In this document: positions 27,046-40,075 of the stretch, one piece after another
Layout: each line of letters begins with the position of its first letter
How positions within the stretch are numbered: position 1 is the first letter of the stretch
NCBI GenBank assembly: GCA_951406725.2
Contig: OX597818.1
Span: 88,226,001 to 88,290,000, forward strand
Reading direction: 5' to 3'
Length of the DNA stretch: 64,000 nucleotides
Source: Octopus vulgaris
Taxonomy: Eukaryota
Made by a program: the position numbers and the translations under genes
Notes under the pieces: generated by a model
Told to the model about the DNA's origin: nothing
Databases searched by the model: none
The model's input: the letters and a program-made list of their open reading frames with translations, nothing else

Positions 27046-27650
27046 GGTGGTGAGCTGGCAGAATCGTTATCACGCCGGGCGAAATGCTTTCTGGTATTTC
27101 GTCCGCCGCTGCGTTCTGAGCTCAAATTCCGCCGAGGTCGACTTTGCCTTTCATCCTTTTGGGGTCGATTAAATAAGTACCATTTACACACTAGGGTCGA
27201 TATAATCGACTTAATCCGTTCGTCTGTCCTTGTTTGTCCCCTCTGTGTGTAGCCCCTTGTGGGCAGTAAAGAAAAAAATATTTCGTCTGCCACTACGTTC
27301 TGAGTTCAAATGCCGCCGAGGTCGACTTTGCTTTTCATCCTTTCGGGGTCGATTAAATAAGTACCAGTTACGCACTGGGGTCGATATAATCCGTTTGTCT
27401 GTCCTTGTATGTCACCTCTCTGTGTAGCTCTTTGTGGGTAGTAAAGAAATAAGAATCGTTAGCATGCCGTGCGAAATGCTTATCGGTATTTCATCTGCCG
27501 CTACATTCAGAATTCAAATGCCGTCGGGGTCGACTTCGCATTTCATCACTTCGAGGTCGATAAATTACGTACCAGTTACGCACTGGGGTCGATGTAATTG
27601 ATTTAATCCCTCCCCCTAAAGATGAGGCCTTATGCTTCTACTAGAAAGAA
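27046..27650 (+). mobile_element. SINE family B tandem trimer
   Basis: The core gaggtcgactt occurs at 27134, 27318 and about 27526. Confidence 0.85.
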
Positions 27651-28227
27651 TTATTGTTGTTATTCCTATTATTATTTGCGAGTGCTATAATAAATAGCAC
27701 TTCAAAATAATAGCGAATATTTTTCTTTCATCCCCAGCAATAAGGATAAAGGAGAGAAAATATCTAAGAGGAGTGTTCGTTCTACGTGCTAAATATACTC
27801 AGACGCTAAGATGCTGTACATGTTATACAATAAATGTAGGTTTCATCTCTCTCTATAACATATGTCTGTGTTATATAAACTCTATCATACCTTTAATGTG
27901 AGCATGTAAGCGCTCTCCTGATATAGTTTCCTCGACTTCAATTGTGTGTACATATGTTTGGGTGTTTGCTTCTGTCAGTGATGGAGGCGCATATATGCCC
28001 TAACACACACATACACACATACACACACACATACACACACATGACACACACACACACACACACACTCACACACACATACATGCACATGCCCATACGGGTG
28101 ACTGAACAAACGAAAGCCGGTAGCAGTCGTAACACCTAGTTGTAGTCACGTATTTCATAACAGCTCGACTCGGCTCCACAAAATTACTTAAAGTTTTATT
28201 GGCACATATACCTGTGTATGTGTGAGT

Positions 28228-28295
<68 letters not shown>

Positions 28296-28296
28296 C

Positions 28297-28396
<100 letters not shown>

Positions 28397-29020
28397 GTAG
28401 AGTAGATGAAACCATGGCGACTGAAGAAGGGGTTTTTTCTTTGTGTTAATTGTCCTGTACTCTATTTTTTGTTGTTTAAAAAAATGTCCAGTTCCTTGGG
28501 TTTGTGTCTATGTTTTCGTTTCTCATTGTGTTCGACGTCTTTTTGGTGTCCTGTACTCATATATACACTTGCGTCAGAAATTAATTAGCACGTCTCAAAT
28601 TTCTACATTAAATAGGTTAAATCAATTAACCTATGAACTGTTCAAAACGTCTTACGCGATGAGAAAACTTAGTATGGTGTGATTTCGGTCCTTGCGAGGC
28701 GCTACCTATATCTATTAAACAAAGGAAGATTTGTCTGCATCCGCACTCCAAGTTGTTGTTGCACTGCTATGTCAACATCATAAGGCTGTAGACTCTCAAA
28801 CTGCTCTGCAAACAAAGTTACGTCATCGTTCTGCGCAACAGTGAACTCGCAACAAAGCAATAGTTCGAGATATGGCCACTAGGTGACAGCACATACCTTG
28901 AGTGAAGAGCAAATCAAGGGTGCTAATTAATTTCTGACGGTAGTGTAGGTGTATATATAAATGTAGAGGTAGGTACATACATATATGTTTATATATATGC
29001 ATATGTTTTATTTATTAATA

Positions 29021-29074
<54 letters not shown>

Positions 29075-29077
29075 TTC

Positions 29078-29346
29078 AGGGTATCTAAGAGATACCTCCA
29101 CGCTGGAAATAGCAGCCAAAACTCTAAAACGACATTAAATGTTCATACAGCACCCGGGGGGAAGAACAAAGGACAAAATAAAATAATTTTTTGCTAGTTT
29201 AAACTAGCAAAAACTAGCAATAAACTAGCAAAAAATTATTTTATTTTGTCCTTTGTTCTCTCCTGGTGCTGTATGAACATTTAATGTGGTTTTAGAGTCA
29301 AGTTTTGGCTGCTATTTCCAGCGTGGAGGTATCTCTTAGATACCCT
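29078..29346. repeat. Fold-back with ~124-bp arms (29078-29201 / 29221-29346) next to (TA)n
   Basis: agggtatctaagagatacctccacgctggaaatagcagccaaaac..ttttgctagttta followed by its reverse complement. The spacer is made of stuttered aaactagcaa. Confidence 0.9.
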
Positions 29347-29441
29347 AAACTATAATTTTAATAATAATTATTACCTTTGAAGGTTTTTATTCCCATGCTG
29401 ACCACTTGATAAGATCGATATTTAAATTAACGATCTTATCC

Positions 29442-29722
<281 letters not shown>

Positions 29723-29790
29723 GATAAATTTCCTCTATTTACTTAATATTGAGGTATCTTTCTTTCTTTTGTTATCTTACCGTTTTATCA

Positions 29791-29861
<71 letters not shown>

Positions 29862-29866
<5 letters not shown>

Positions 29867-30080
29867 TGTTGTTACACATCGCTGATCACAGTGCACTTCG
29901 CATTGTTTTAGCCTTCAAATGACGCCACCCCGCTGGCTAAGCGAGCAGGCCAACAGAAAAAAGAGTGAGAGAAAGTTGTGGCGAAAGAGTACTGCTGGGA
30001 GTGCCCCCCCCCCCCTGCCGGAGCCTTGTGGAGCTCTAGGTGTTTTCGCTCAATAAACACTCACAATGTCCGGTCTGGGA
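29862..30080 (-). mobile_element. SINE family C (5'-truncated) with tail variant b
   Basis: Family C body (gagtgtttattgagcgaaaacacc..ctctttcgccacaactttctctcactc) joined to tail ttggcctgctcgcttagccagcgggg..aacaacatctg. Confidence 0.75.
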
Positions 30081-30091
30081 CGTTGTGAGTG

Positions 30092-30557
30092 TTCTGGTGA
30101 CGTTGATGATCGCCTGGGGCTAAATGCATCAGTAACACCCCCACTACCCCGCCCTGTCCCTAGCCACATTCAGATGGCTGATCCCCCTTATGTTATAGAG
30201 CAGTTACTGTTTATATCTCGCTCAGAGATTTATTATTGTTGTCGAACGGTTTTTCTACATCAGTGACTGTGGTTACTGTGAAAATCCATATATATCCAGC
30301 CTGTAGAGGAAGTCCCTCAACGAAGAACGGTGCTTACCATGCGTTGATAAGAGGCAAATACCTCGAAACCGGTCCGTATGTAGTATCCGTATCTTCGGGG
30401 AGGCTGATCTCCCTTTGCAGGCTGGCAAGGACACCGAGATGGTGTCAGCCCTTCTGGTGACGTTGATGATCGCCTGGGGCTAAATGCATCAGTAACACCC
30501 CCACTACCCCGCCCTGTCCCTAGCCACATTCAGATGGCTGATCCCCCTTATGTTATA
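30092..30557 (+). mobile_element. Retrozyme-like element: 360-nt unit with a 106-nt terminal direct repeat and one hammerhead
   Basis: 30092-30197 equals 30452-30557 (period exactly 360). The HHR is at 30338-30380 and the element ends in (TA)n. No credible ORF. Confidence 0.8.
30338..30380 (+). ncRNA. Type I hammerhead ribozyme motif with U3:A8 covariation
   Basis: catgcg-TTGATAA-gagg-caaata-cctc-GAAAC-cg-GTC-cgtatg. Stem I is 6 bp, stem II is a perfect 4 bp, stem III is the palindrome ACCGGT and the site is GUC. Confidence 0.75.
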
Positions 30558-30577
30558 TATATATATATATATATATA

Positions 30578-30794
30578 AGAGGGGTGGGGCTGAAAAATCC
30601 CTGGCTTTAAGTGTATCGCGAAAGGTCTGGCTGGAGGCACAGCTTTCTGAGTTTTTTTTACAGAGCTTAGAAAAACTGAAGGACTGCTGCAATAAGTGTG
30701 TGAATCTGAGAGAAGAGTATGTTGAATGAAATAATTAACTGATCCTCCTGTGTTTTCTTTTGCCCAAAACCAGCGTCTTTATCGCACCCCATCG
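30578..30794 (+). mobile_element. Internally deleted mariner element
   Basis: Degenerate TIRs (agaggggtggggctgaaaaatccctgg / ccagcgtctttatcgcaccccatcg). 30667-30729 encodes LEKLKDCCNKCVNLREEYVE*, which resembles the mariner C-terminal motif KLxxRWxKCIxxxGxYVE. Confidence 0.7.
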
Positions 30795-30837
30795 TGTATA
30801 TAAATATAGACAGACAGACAGACAGACAGACAGATAC

Positions 30838-30893
<56 letters not shown>

Positions 30894-31344
30894 GTTTCTT
30901 TATTGGCCACACAGGGCTGCACACAGATGGGACAAGTTACAAGGTAGAGCTTTTCTTTTAGGGGATGAAAAATAAAAAACAAAAGAGAAAAAAAAAGGGG
31001 TGCGTAGGTTTTCGATCAAGAGGGATCGTAAAAGGAAAGAAAAGAACAAAAAAAATAAATAAAAAAGAAAAAAAAAAGAAAAAGAAAAAAAGAAAACGAA
31101 AAGGAACAAAAGAAAAGAGAAATGAAAAAAGAAGAAAAAAGGGGTAAAAATAGATAGATAGATAGATAGATAGACAGATAGATTTATATATAAATACAAT
31201 TACACACACACATACATACACACGCACATACATATATCTGTATGTATGCATATATAAACATATACATGTAATTCTTTTATTCCGTTGTTTGTTTTAATCA
31301 TTTGACTGTGGCCATGCTGGAGCACCGCCTCATATGCCGTAATA

Positions 31345-31710
31345 CACAACCACCACCACCACCACCAACAACAACAACACTAACACCAACACCACCATCC
31401 CTACTGCCTCACTTCCACCACCACCACCACCACCAACAACAACAACACTAACACCAACACCATCACCCTGCCGCTTCACTACCACCACCACCAACACCAC
31501 CATCATCGCCACCACCACTACCAACACGACCATCTTTACTGCCTCACTACCACCACCACAATACCATCACCGCTACCACTACCACCATCATCATCATCAC
31601 CACCCACCAACACCAACACCACTACTACAACCTTCATCATAACCCCTAACACCACCATAATCATTACTACCTCACCACTACTACCTCCACCTCCAACACC
31701 AACACCATAA
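31345..31710. repeat. Degenerate (ACC/AAC/ACT)n low-complexity tract
   Basis: Direct reading. Confidence 0.85.
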
Positions 31711-32039
31711 GCCGGGTTCGACGGTGTGATATCTTTGGTAAATGTTTTAATCATAGCCCCTAGGCTGGAGTACCCAAACCTTGTGAGAGAAACTGGGTAG
31801 AGGGAAACTTGTGAGAGAAACTGGGTAGAGGGAAACTTTCCAGTGGGTTATGCCCGTAATTAAAAGAGCCACTCTTGTCGAATATCATGTCACGCTGATT
31901 TGACATGAGAATTTCGTCAAGTCTCGTTCGAATGCTCGGCCACTTACACGCTTTTTTAACGGGTTGGTAGTTGAGTTGAGCGAAGTATCAAATGCTCATC
32001 GTCGAAACAGACGGAACACCCATTAAAAACAAAAACTCG

Positions 32040-32358
32040 CTCTCCGTCGGTTACGACGATGAGGGTTCCAGTTGAATCGATCAATGGAATAGCCTACTCG
32101 TGAAAGTAATGTGCAAGTGGCTGAGCACTCCGGAGACACGCGAACCCTTAACGTGTTTCCCAAGGAAATCCAGTGTGATCCGGAATGTGAAAAGGCTGGC
32201 CCCTTTGAAATACAGGTACAACACATTTTTGCCAGCTGAGTCAACTGGAGCAACGTGAAATAAAATGCCTTGCTCTAGGACACGACGCACAGCCTGGTAT
32301 CGAACTCATGACCTTACGAACTTGAACCGAATACGCTAACCACATAACCACGCGCCTA
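32040..32358 (-). mobile_element. Chimeric SINE: family D head and core with family C tail a
   Basis: Core gagcaaggcattttatttcacgttgctccagttgactcagctg followed by tgtacctgtatttcaaagggg..gagtgctcagccacttgcac..gtcgtaaccgacggag. Confidence 0.75.
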
Positions 32359-32454
32359 TATAGAAGACCCATAATGGTTGCATCGCTACTTATGTTGATA
32401 TAGCTGTTGTTAATATATCAGAGCTGTTGTTGTTGTCGTAGCTGCTTGTTTGTT

Positions 32455-32815
32455 TGTTGAGCGAAGCGGTCTTCTCTGTAGTGGGAGAAGTCCGAAACGT
32501 GGTCCTTTGCTATTTATAAGACCTGCAGAAGAGAAAGCAGGTCAACCCCCGACACCGAGAGCATCGACGGATGGATGAATGCGCATCCAGGCTCAGCGGC
32601 TGCGTAGGAAGTCGGGGACAAGAAATAGGAAGAAAGAGTGAGAGAAAGTTGGAGCGAAAGAGTACAACAGGGGTCGCCACCACCCCTGCCGGAGCCTCGT
32701 GGAGCTTTAGGTAGTTTCGCTCAATAAACACACACAACGCCTGGTCTGGGAATCGAAACCGCGATGGTCCGACCGCGAGTCCGCTGCCCTAACCATTGGG
32801 CCACTCCGCCTCCAC
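32455..32815 (-). mobile_element. SINE family C with tail variant c
   Basis: Full family C head and body joined to an unrelated tail, ttgtccccgacttcctacgcagcc..gaagaccgcttcgctcaac. Confidence 0.75.
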
Positions 32816-32914
32816 TTGTTGTAGCTGCTTAACCACAAGTTGGCCACCCTGACTCAAGTAAACATATGATCAGTTATTCTAACCGTGACCATCCAAACAT
32901 TTTTTCAGGCATTG

Positions 32915-33972
32915 TATAACAACTACCACTGACAACGGCATCATTACTATGATTATCACCTCTATAACTACCGACACAACTACTACCACCAATACCACTG
33001 CAACCACCACTTATACCGCTACTAGCACCATCACTACTACTAATCCACCATTACCTCTTCCACTACCAACACAACTACCACCACCAACAACACTATAACC
33101 AACAACACTACAACTACCGCCAACAAATACAACCACCAAGTGTACTAACATCACTAACGCTATAACCACCACAACCACTACAACCAACACCACTACTACC
33201 ATCACCACTACAACTATCACTAACGCTACAATCATCACCAACACCACTACCACCACAGGCACTACAACCACCAAGAGCACTACCACCACTAACTCCACTA
33301 CAACCACCACTAACATTACAACCATCACTAACACTACAACTACCACAGACACTATAACCACCACAGACACTACACCCAACACCACAACGACCAACATTAC
33401 TACTACCATCACCACTACAACCAACATCAACACTACAAACACCAAGATCCCTACCACCACTGCAACAACCACTAACACTATAACACTACAACCACCACTA
33501 ACACTACAACCAATACCACTTCTACCATCACCACTACAACTACCAACACTACAACCACCACTAACACTGCAACTACTACCAGCACCAGTACAACCACCAA
33601 CATGAAAAACACCACTACCATTACCATTACCACTACAACCACCACCAACACTACAATCCCCAACGTTACTACCACCAACACAACTGCAGCCTCTGCCACA
33701 ATTACAACCACCAACAGCAGTCACTGCCATTCATAACTACACACTAGCACCATTACCGTAACCACCACTGCCGCTAATACCACTACTACCATCACCAACA
33801 AGAGCAACACCACCACCAACGACAACATCACCAACACCACCACTATCACCGCCACCATTATCACTCCCACCACCACTACCACCACCACCACCACCACCGA
33901 CACCACCGACACCACCACCACCACCGACACCACCGCCACCACCACCACCACCACCATTAGCAACAACAACTA
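32915..33972. repeat. ~1-kb degenerate (ACC/ACT/AAC)n tract
   Basis: Direct reading. Frame phase shifts and stop codons occur throughout. Confidence 0.85.
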
Positions 33973-34950
33973 ACAATAAAATGCTTTTTTGTTGTATTTC
34001 ATTAAAAATATTAATCAAATCTTTATATTTTTTGACATGTATCAATGGTTCGGTAAGTTGGATGGTATGGTTGGGTGGTATAGTGTTGTGGCCTGATGGT
34101 GTAGTGACGGGTGATGTAGGTATAGTGATACAAAGGTGGGGTGGGGGGTAGATGTTTGTGAGTTTTTTTTGTTGCTTTTTTTTGTGTTTTCTTTTTACTT
34201 GCTGTTTAGATTTTGTTGGTTGGTGTTTTGCTTAACAAGATTACCTCTAGGCATTCACACATTATTTCCACGCCGCCACCATCAACCCCCGTCGCCGCCA
34301 CCACCCAACAGACAACTATTTCCATACCACCGCAACCCCGCCCTTATCCTATTCTACCAAATACCTAACCCCCGTCACCATAAACAGATCTATTCTGCAC
34401 CACCACCACCACCATCGCCACAGCCAATGTACATTGATTTCCTCCACACAACCGCCCCCTCCACGCCACATGCTACCAAACATTTAACCCATCCTCTTAC
34501 CGTCACCCCAACCAAATCTTCCGCACCGCCACCACCACCGGCAGACATATATTCCTGCGCCACCAACACCACACTCAAGTCTTCAGTCCCACCGCCACCA
34601 CCAGAAGACAACTATTCCCCCATCACCACCACAACCAATACACCGCCACTCCATTCTACCGGTCATGTATATTCCTTTGCCCATCACCTCATACAGATCT
34701 TCCGTGCCACGCCCCCACTAGTAGACATCTGGTGGCTTTTTCACGCAACGCCACCACCTTCAAGTAGACACGTGTTCCCAGAACACCACTGCTATCCTCG
34801 ATTCTACCAATCAACTAACCCCCCACCTCTTCTACCATCACCACAACCAAATCTACTGAACCCCACACAAAGTGGACTTCGGCGGAATTTGAACTCAGAA
34901 CGTAGCGACGAACGAAATACCGTTAACGATTCCGCCAGCTCACTACTTTC

Positions 34951-34997
<47 letters not shown>

Positions 34998-35005
34998 TAA
35001 TAATA

Positions 35006-35040
<35 letters not shown>

Positions 35041-35079
35041 AATAATAATAATGATGATGATGATGATGATAATGATGAT

Positions 35080-35137
<58 letters not shown>

Positions 35138-35302
35138 GTTTCAAATTTTTCCATAAGGGCAGCGGTTTTGGGGAAAGGGATGGGTCGATTACATCGACCC
35201 CAGTGAAGGGATAAATGGCAAAGGCGACTTCGGCAGAATTTGAACTAAGAACGTAGCGACGGGTGAAATACCGCTAACGATTCCTCCAACTCACCGCTTT
35301 CC

Positions 35303-35370
<68 letters not shown>

Positions 35371-36105
35371 CATGAGTACAAGTAGTGGGGGGGGGGCATC
35401 ATAGCCGTGTGTTGAAAGGAATTCTTAGAGGTTTGGATAATTCACCTTTGGAAACATCTACCACCAATACCAGATACTGTGCTCCGATTGCAACCTGATT
35501 TACTGCACACCAGCATCACCACTATCGCCACCAGCACCACCACTATCACCACTCACCGTCACCTCCACCATATCTACCACTAAATCATCGCATATCTTCC
35601 ACCGCCTCCACTTTCGCCACCTCTTCAACCAACTTTACATACCACTCACCGCCATACCACTCACCGAAGCTACAATCACCACTCCTCGTCGGAGTATGAC
35701 AAATCTATCACGTTACGGTGTAGCAAGATGCCTTAAGTCACGAGCACATTAACATTGAATTACTGTACACAGTGGTACCTATTTACAGCTGACTGGACTG
35801 GACTGCAGTCTTGGTCATAGATACAGTATAGAGAGATATGCAAAGGCTCGCTGCCTTTAACAATGATAATAATAATCCTTTCCACTATAGGCTCAAAGCC
35901 TGGAATTTGAAGGGAGAGGGTAGTCGATCACATCGACCCCAGTGCTTGACTGGTACTTGATTTATCGTCCCCGGAAGGATGAAAGGCAAAGACGACCTCG
36001 GCGGAAATTTGGACTCAGAGCACGAAAACGGACGAAATGCAGCTAAACATTTTACCCAGCGTGTTAATGATTCTGACAGCCTTAATAATAATGAAAATAA
36101 TAATA

Positions 36106-36169
<64 letters not shown>

Positions 36170-36876
36170 TGACGATGATGATGATGATGATGATGATTAT
36201 TATTATTATTATGATGATGATGATGATGGTTTCAAATTTTGGCACAAGACTAGCAGTTTCGTGGGAGGGGATAAGTTGATTACATCGACCATAGAATTGT
36301 GCCAACCGTCCCCATTTCGGGGACGATCGATTCCATAACGGTGACGTCATACACTTACGCCTACACTGCCCTCCTGTCTGTGTTCCAATTCGAAAGAAAA
36401 GTGAGGATGGGGACGGAGGTGGTGTCCTCGAGTGAATTTACTGAAATATGGGTGAAAGCTGCGAAAATGGCGAGAGTGGATGGGTCTGCTCTAACTATAG
36501 GACTTGTGAGTTGGAGAGAAAGAATTAGCGATGGCATTTACATTTGGTGTTCAGAGAGGTCTTGGATGGTGGGGGTTCTAAGTTTCTCTCTAAAAAGTCC
36601 TCTTGTATCAGAAGGATCAAGTCATCTTCATCCATTTCTTTTTCTGATGTTTGCAGGAGTGGCTGTGTGGTAAGTAGCTTGCTTACCAACCACATGGTTC
36701 TGGGTTCAGTCCCACTGCGTGGCACCTTGGGCAAGTGTCTTCTGCTATAGCCTCGGGCTGACCAAAGCCTTGTGAGTGGATCTGGTAGACAGAAACTGAA
36801 AGAAATCTGTCGTATATATGTATATATATGTGTATGTGTGTGTATTTGTTTGTGTGTCTGTGTTTGTCCCCCCAAT

Positions 36877-37545
36877 TTGAGTTCAAATTCCGCCGAGGTC
36901 GACTTTGCTTTTCATCCTTTCGGAGTCGATAAATTAAGTTCCGGTTACGCACTGGGTCGATATAATCGACTTAATCCGTCTGTCTGTCCTTGTTTGTCTC
37001 CTCTGTGTTTAGCTCCTTGTGGGTAGTAAAGAAATGGGCATTTCGTGTACCGTTACGTTCTGCGTTCAAATTCCGCCGAGGTCGACTTTGCCTTTCATCC
37101 TTTCGGGGTCGATAAATTAAGTACCAGTTACGCACTGGAGTCAATGTAATCGTCTTAATCCGTTTGTCTGTCCTTGTTTGTCCTCTCTGTGTTTAGCACC
37201 TTGTAGGTATTTCGTCTGTCTTAATCGGCTAGTCTCCTCACCCAAAATTTCAGGCCTTGTGCCTATAGTAGAAAGGATTGTTGTTGTTGCTGCTGTTGTT
37301 GTTGTTGTTGTTATTGATGATGTTGTTGCTGTTCTTATTTTTGTTAAGACAGCGAGCTGGCAGGATCATTAGCACACCGGGGAAATGCTCAGCAGTATTT
37401 CGTCCGTCTTTATGTTCTGAGCTCAATTTCCACTGAGGTGAACTTTGCCTTTCCTCCTTTCAGAGTACCAGTTAGACACTGGGGTGGATGTAATGAACTA
37501 GCCCTCTCCCCTCAAATTTCAGGCCTTGTGCCTTTTGTAGAAAGG
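36877..37545 (+). mobile_element. SINE family B tandem cluster
   Basis: Repeated ttcaaattccgccgaggtcgactttgc..ttcatcctttcgg cores. Confidence 0.8.
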
Positions 37546-37564
37546 ATTATTATTATTATTATTA

Positions 37565-37643
<79 letters not shown>

Positions 37644-37644
<1 letters not shown>

Positions 37645-38310
37645 CTCTGATAGTTACTGTATGGAAATCGTTCTGCGTAGGATGTGTGCAGTGCCTAGTA
37701 GTGCAATTTTCTGTATGTTATATGTGTTTGTAAGTTTTGGTGTTTTTGTTATGTATTTGTCTGAATATTTTTTTATAATGCCTAATGCACCTATTATGAT
37801 AGGAATTGTTTCTGTTTTTAGATTCCACATTCTGGTTACCTCTATTTCCAGGTCTTTGTATTTTGAAAGTTTCTCCATTTCTTTTAGAGACACGTTGTCA
37901 TCTGCTGGTATTGATACATTAATTAGAAAGCATTTTTTTCTTCATGATCTCTGACAACTATATCTGGTCTGTTGGCCTTGATTTCTCTATCTGTGTGTAT
38001 CGGCATATCCCAGAGTATGGTTGCTTTCTCGTTTTCTGTGACCTTTTCTGGTGTGTGCCTATACCATCTTTTTTCTGTTGTTGTTTCATAATGTTGGCAT
38101 AGCTTCCAGTGTATATAGGTTCCAACTCTGTCATGTCTGTGAATATATTCCTTCTTAGCCAGGACTGGGCAGCCAGAGATAATATGATTTATTGTTTCTT
38201 GTCCATCTCCACATATTCTGCAGTTACTTGTTATATTTCATTTCATTACATGCTTTTTGGTAATTTCTGGTGGGGAGGCTTTGGTCTTGTGCTGCAATTA
38301 AAAATCCTTC
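37644..38310 (-). mobile_element. 3' fragment of a second Dong/R4-like LINE family (RLE domain) ending in (AAT)n
   Basis: RHDRVGTYIHWKLC..ILWDMPIHTDREIKANRPDIVV..INVSIP..EKLSKYKDL..IPIIIGALG..QKIALLGTAHILR, followed by an (AAT)n tail at 37545-37643. Confidence 0.9.
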
Positions 38311-38322
38311 TGTCTCTGCTTT

Positions 38323-38408
<86 letters not shown>

Positions 38409-38789
38409 TATTATTATTATTATTATTATTATCGTCGTCATCACCAACATTACTACGCTTTCTTCAAAGTTAGACATATTCTTTGGTATATTTAGGGTGC
38501 TGATTTCCAAATCTGTTCTCTGAATTTTACCACATCGGTTCTAGTTCGTGGGTCGTATTCACTCGTGTACTGGAATTTGCTGCACCAAGTCCATGTTACA
38601 TATTGGCACTTTAGAAGTGAGATATGCTTATTCTTGTGTATCTCCAAGGCGTTGGTTCCAAAAATGACATCAATTTTATCTTATTATGACCAATTCAATA
38701 ATGATCTATTTTGTAACAATTACATCCCATTGTCGTAATTACACCCCTTCGTTAGTGATCAGTTATTTATTATTCAATATATAAGAACA

Positions 38790-38845
<56 letters not shown>

Positions 38846-38869
38846 AGTGTATGTGCGTGTATAACCTAT

Positions 38870-38930
<61 letters not shown>

Positions 38931-39321
38931 CATCCATCCACCTGTCTGTCTGTCTGTCTGTGTATCTATCTATCTATCTATCTAAATGCGAAGAGAACGC
39001 ACCATCTGGTCAGGGAATCGAAACCACGATCTTGCGATCATGAGAGCAACAACTTAATCACTGAGCCTTCACAACACACACATACACACACTCACGCACG
39101 CACGCACACGCACACACACGCACACACATCTTTTATTCTTTACTTGTTTCAGTCATTAAACTGCGGCCATTCTTTGGCACCGGCCCCATTACCTATCTTT
39201 TGTTAGGCCTGGTACTTATTCGTTTGCCTAACCGCTAAGTTACAGGAACGTAAACACACCAACACCGGTTGTCAGACAGTAGAGGGGAACATCTCAGACA
39301 AAATGACACACACGCACATAT

Positions 39322-39359
<38 letters not shown>

Positions 39360-39554
39360 GACGGGCTTCTTTCAGTTTCCATCTATCACATCCACTCACA
39401 AGGCTTTGGTCAGCCCGAGGCTATAGAGAAAGACACCTGCTAAAGGTTCCACGCAGTGGGACTGAACCAGGAACTGTGTACTTGAGACGCAAGCTCCCTG
39501 CCACACAAAGTGTGTAGGTGACCTTATGTTTCAGATGACATGAAGCATCTTCGG

Positions 39555-40075
39555 GAAACGGAGGTTTCTAGAAGGCGTTTACTGCCTCCCGACTTTCTAG
39601 AATGAAATTTACCGAAATATTCACACTGAAGTTTGCAGTAATAATTTGCCATTTTGTCTGCATTTTATCATTCTTAGCAATATTCCCCTGTTGCTTTTAT
39701 ACCCTGATAAAATCTTTCCAAAATAATATTTGTCAAAATCACCAAGCTTTTCTGGAAAACAATCCACATGATTGTGAGTGTAACGGATATCAATGTTCAT
39801 ATTACATCCAAGCTTATTGAAACTGAAGAGCATGTCCCCTACTAATTCAGTATTCTTTACTGTCTTATGAATGCTAAAATGGTTTTTGACAACTAGAAAA
39901 AACCATTAGCATTCAACACAGCATTGATTAGTTTCAATTGATTCTATGACATAGATATTTTATAAGCTCTCTTTTCCTCACTTAAATTTTTTTTCTAAGC
40001 AAAGTCCAAAGAATTAACTGCAAAGGTAACCAAAACAGACACCTATCTTTAATGTTTGTAAGTTTTCTGCTGAAA
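39555..40075 (-). pseudogene. Decayed DNA transposase, probably Chapaev3 (CMC)-like
   Basis: ELVGDMLFSFNKLGCNMNIDIRYTHNHVDCFPEKLGDF then (frameshift) ERFYQGIK..MANYYCKL..HSRKS. This resembles the motif LGCNMSxKxHFLHSHLDxFPENLG..GERFHQDI..MxDYCW. The superfamily label is from memory. Confidence 0.7.

Noticed and set aside
32476-32505. ctgtagt-gga-gaag-tcc-GAAACgtgGTC
   Set aside because: Two core mismatches, no stem I, and it lies antisense within a SINE tail.
33011-34045. Gly/Val-rich (or Thr-rich mucin-like) ORFs
   Set aside because: Degenerate trinucleotide tract with phase shifts, stops and no splice or domain support.
34136-35206. 356-aa Pro-rich ORF
   Set aside because: It runs through a C-rich degenerate repeat, SINE fragments and (AAT/GAT)n, so it is a composite artefact.
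36299-36655. Non-repetitive segment with partial ORFs
   Set aside because: Stops occur in the plausible minus frames and no motif could be named. It may be a decayed retroelement ORF1.
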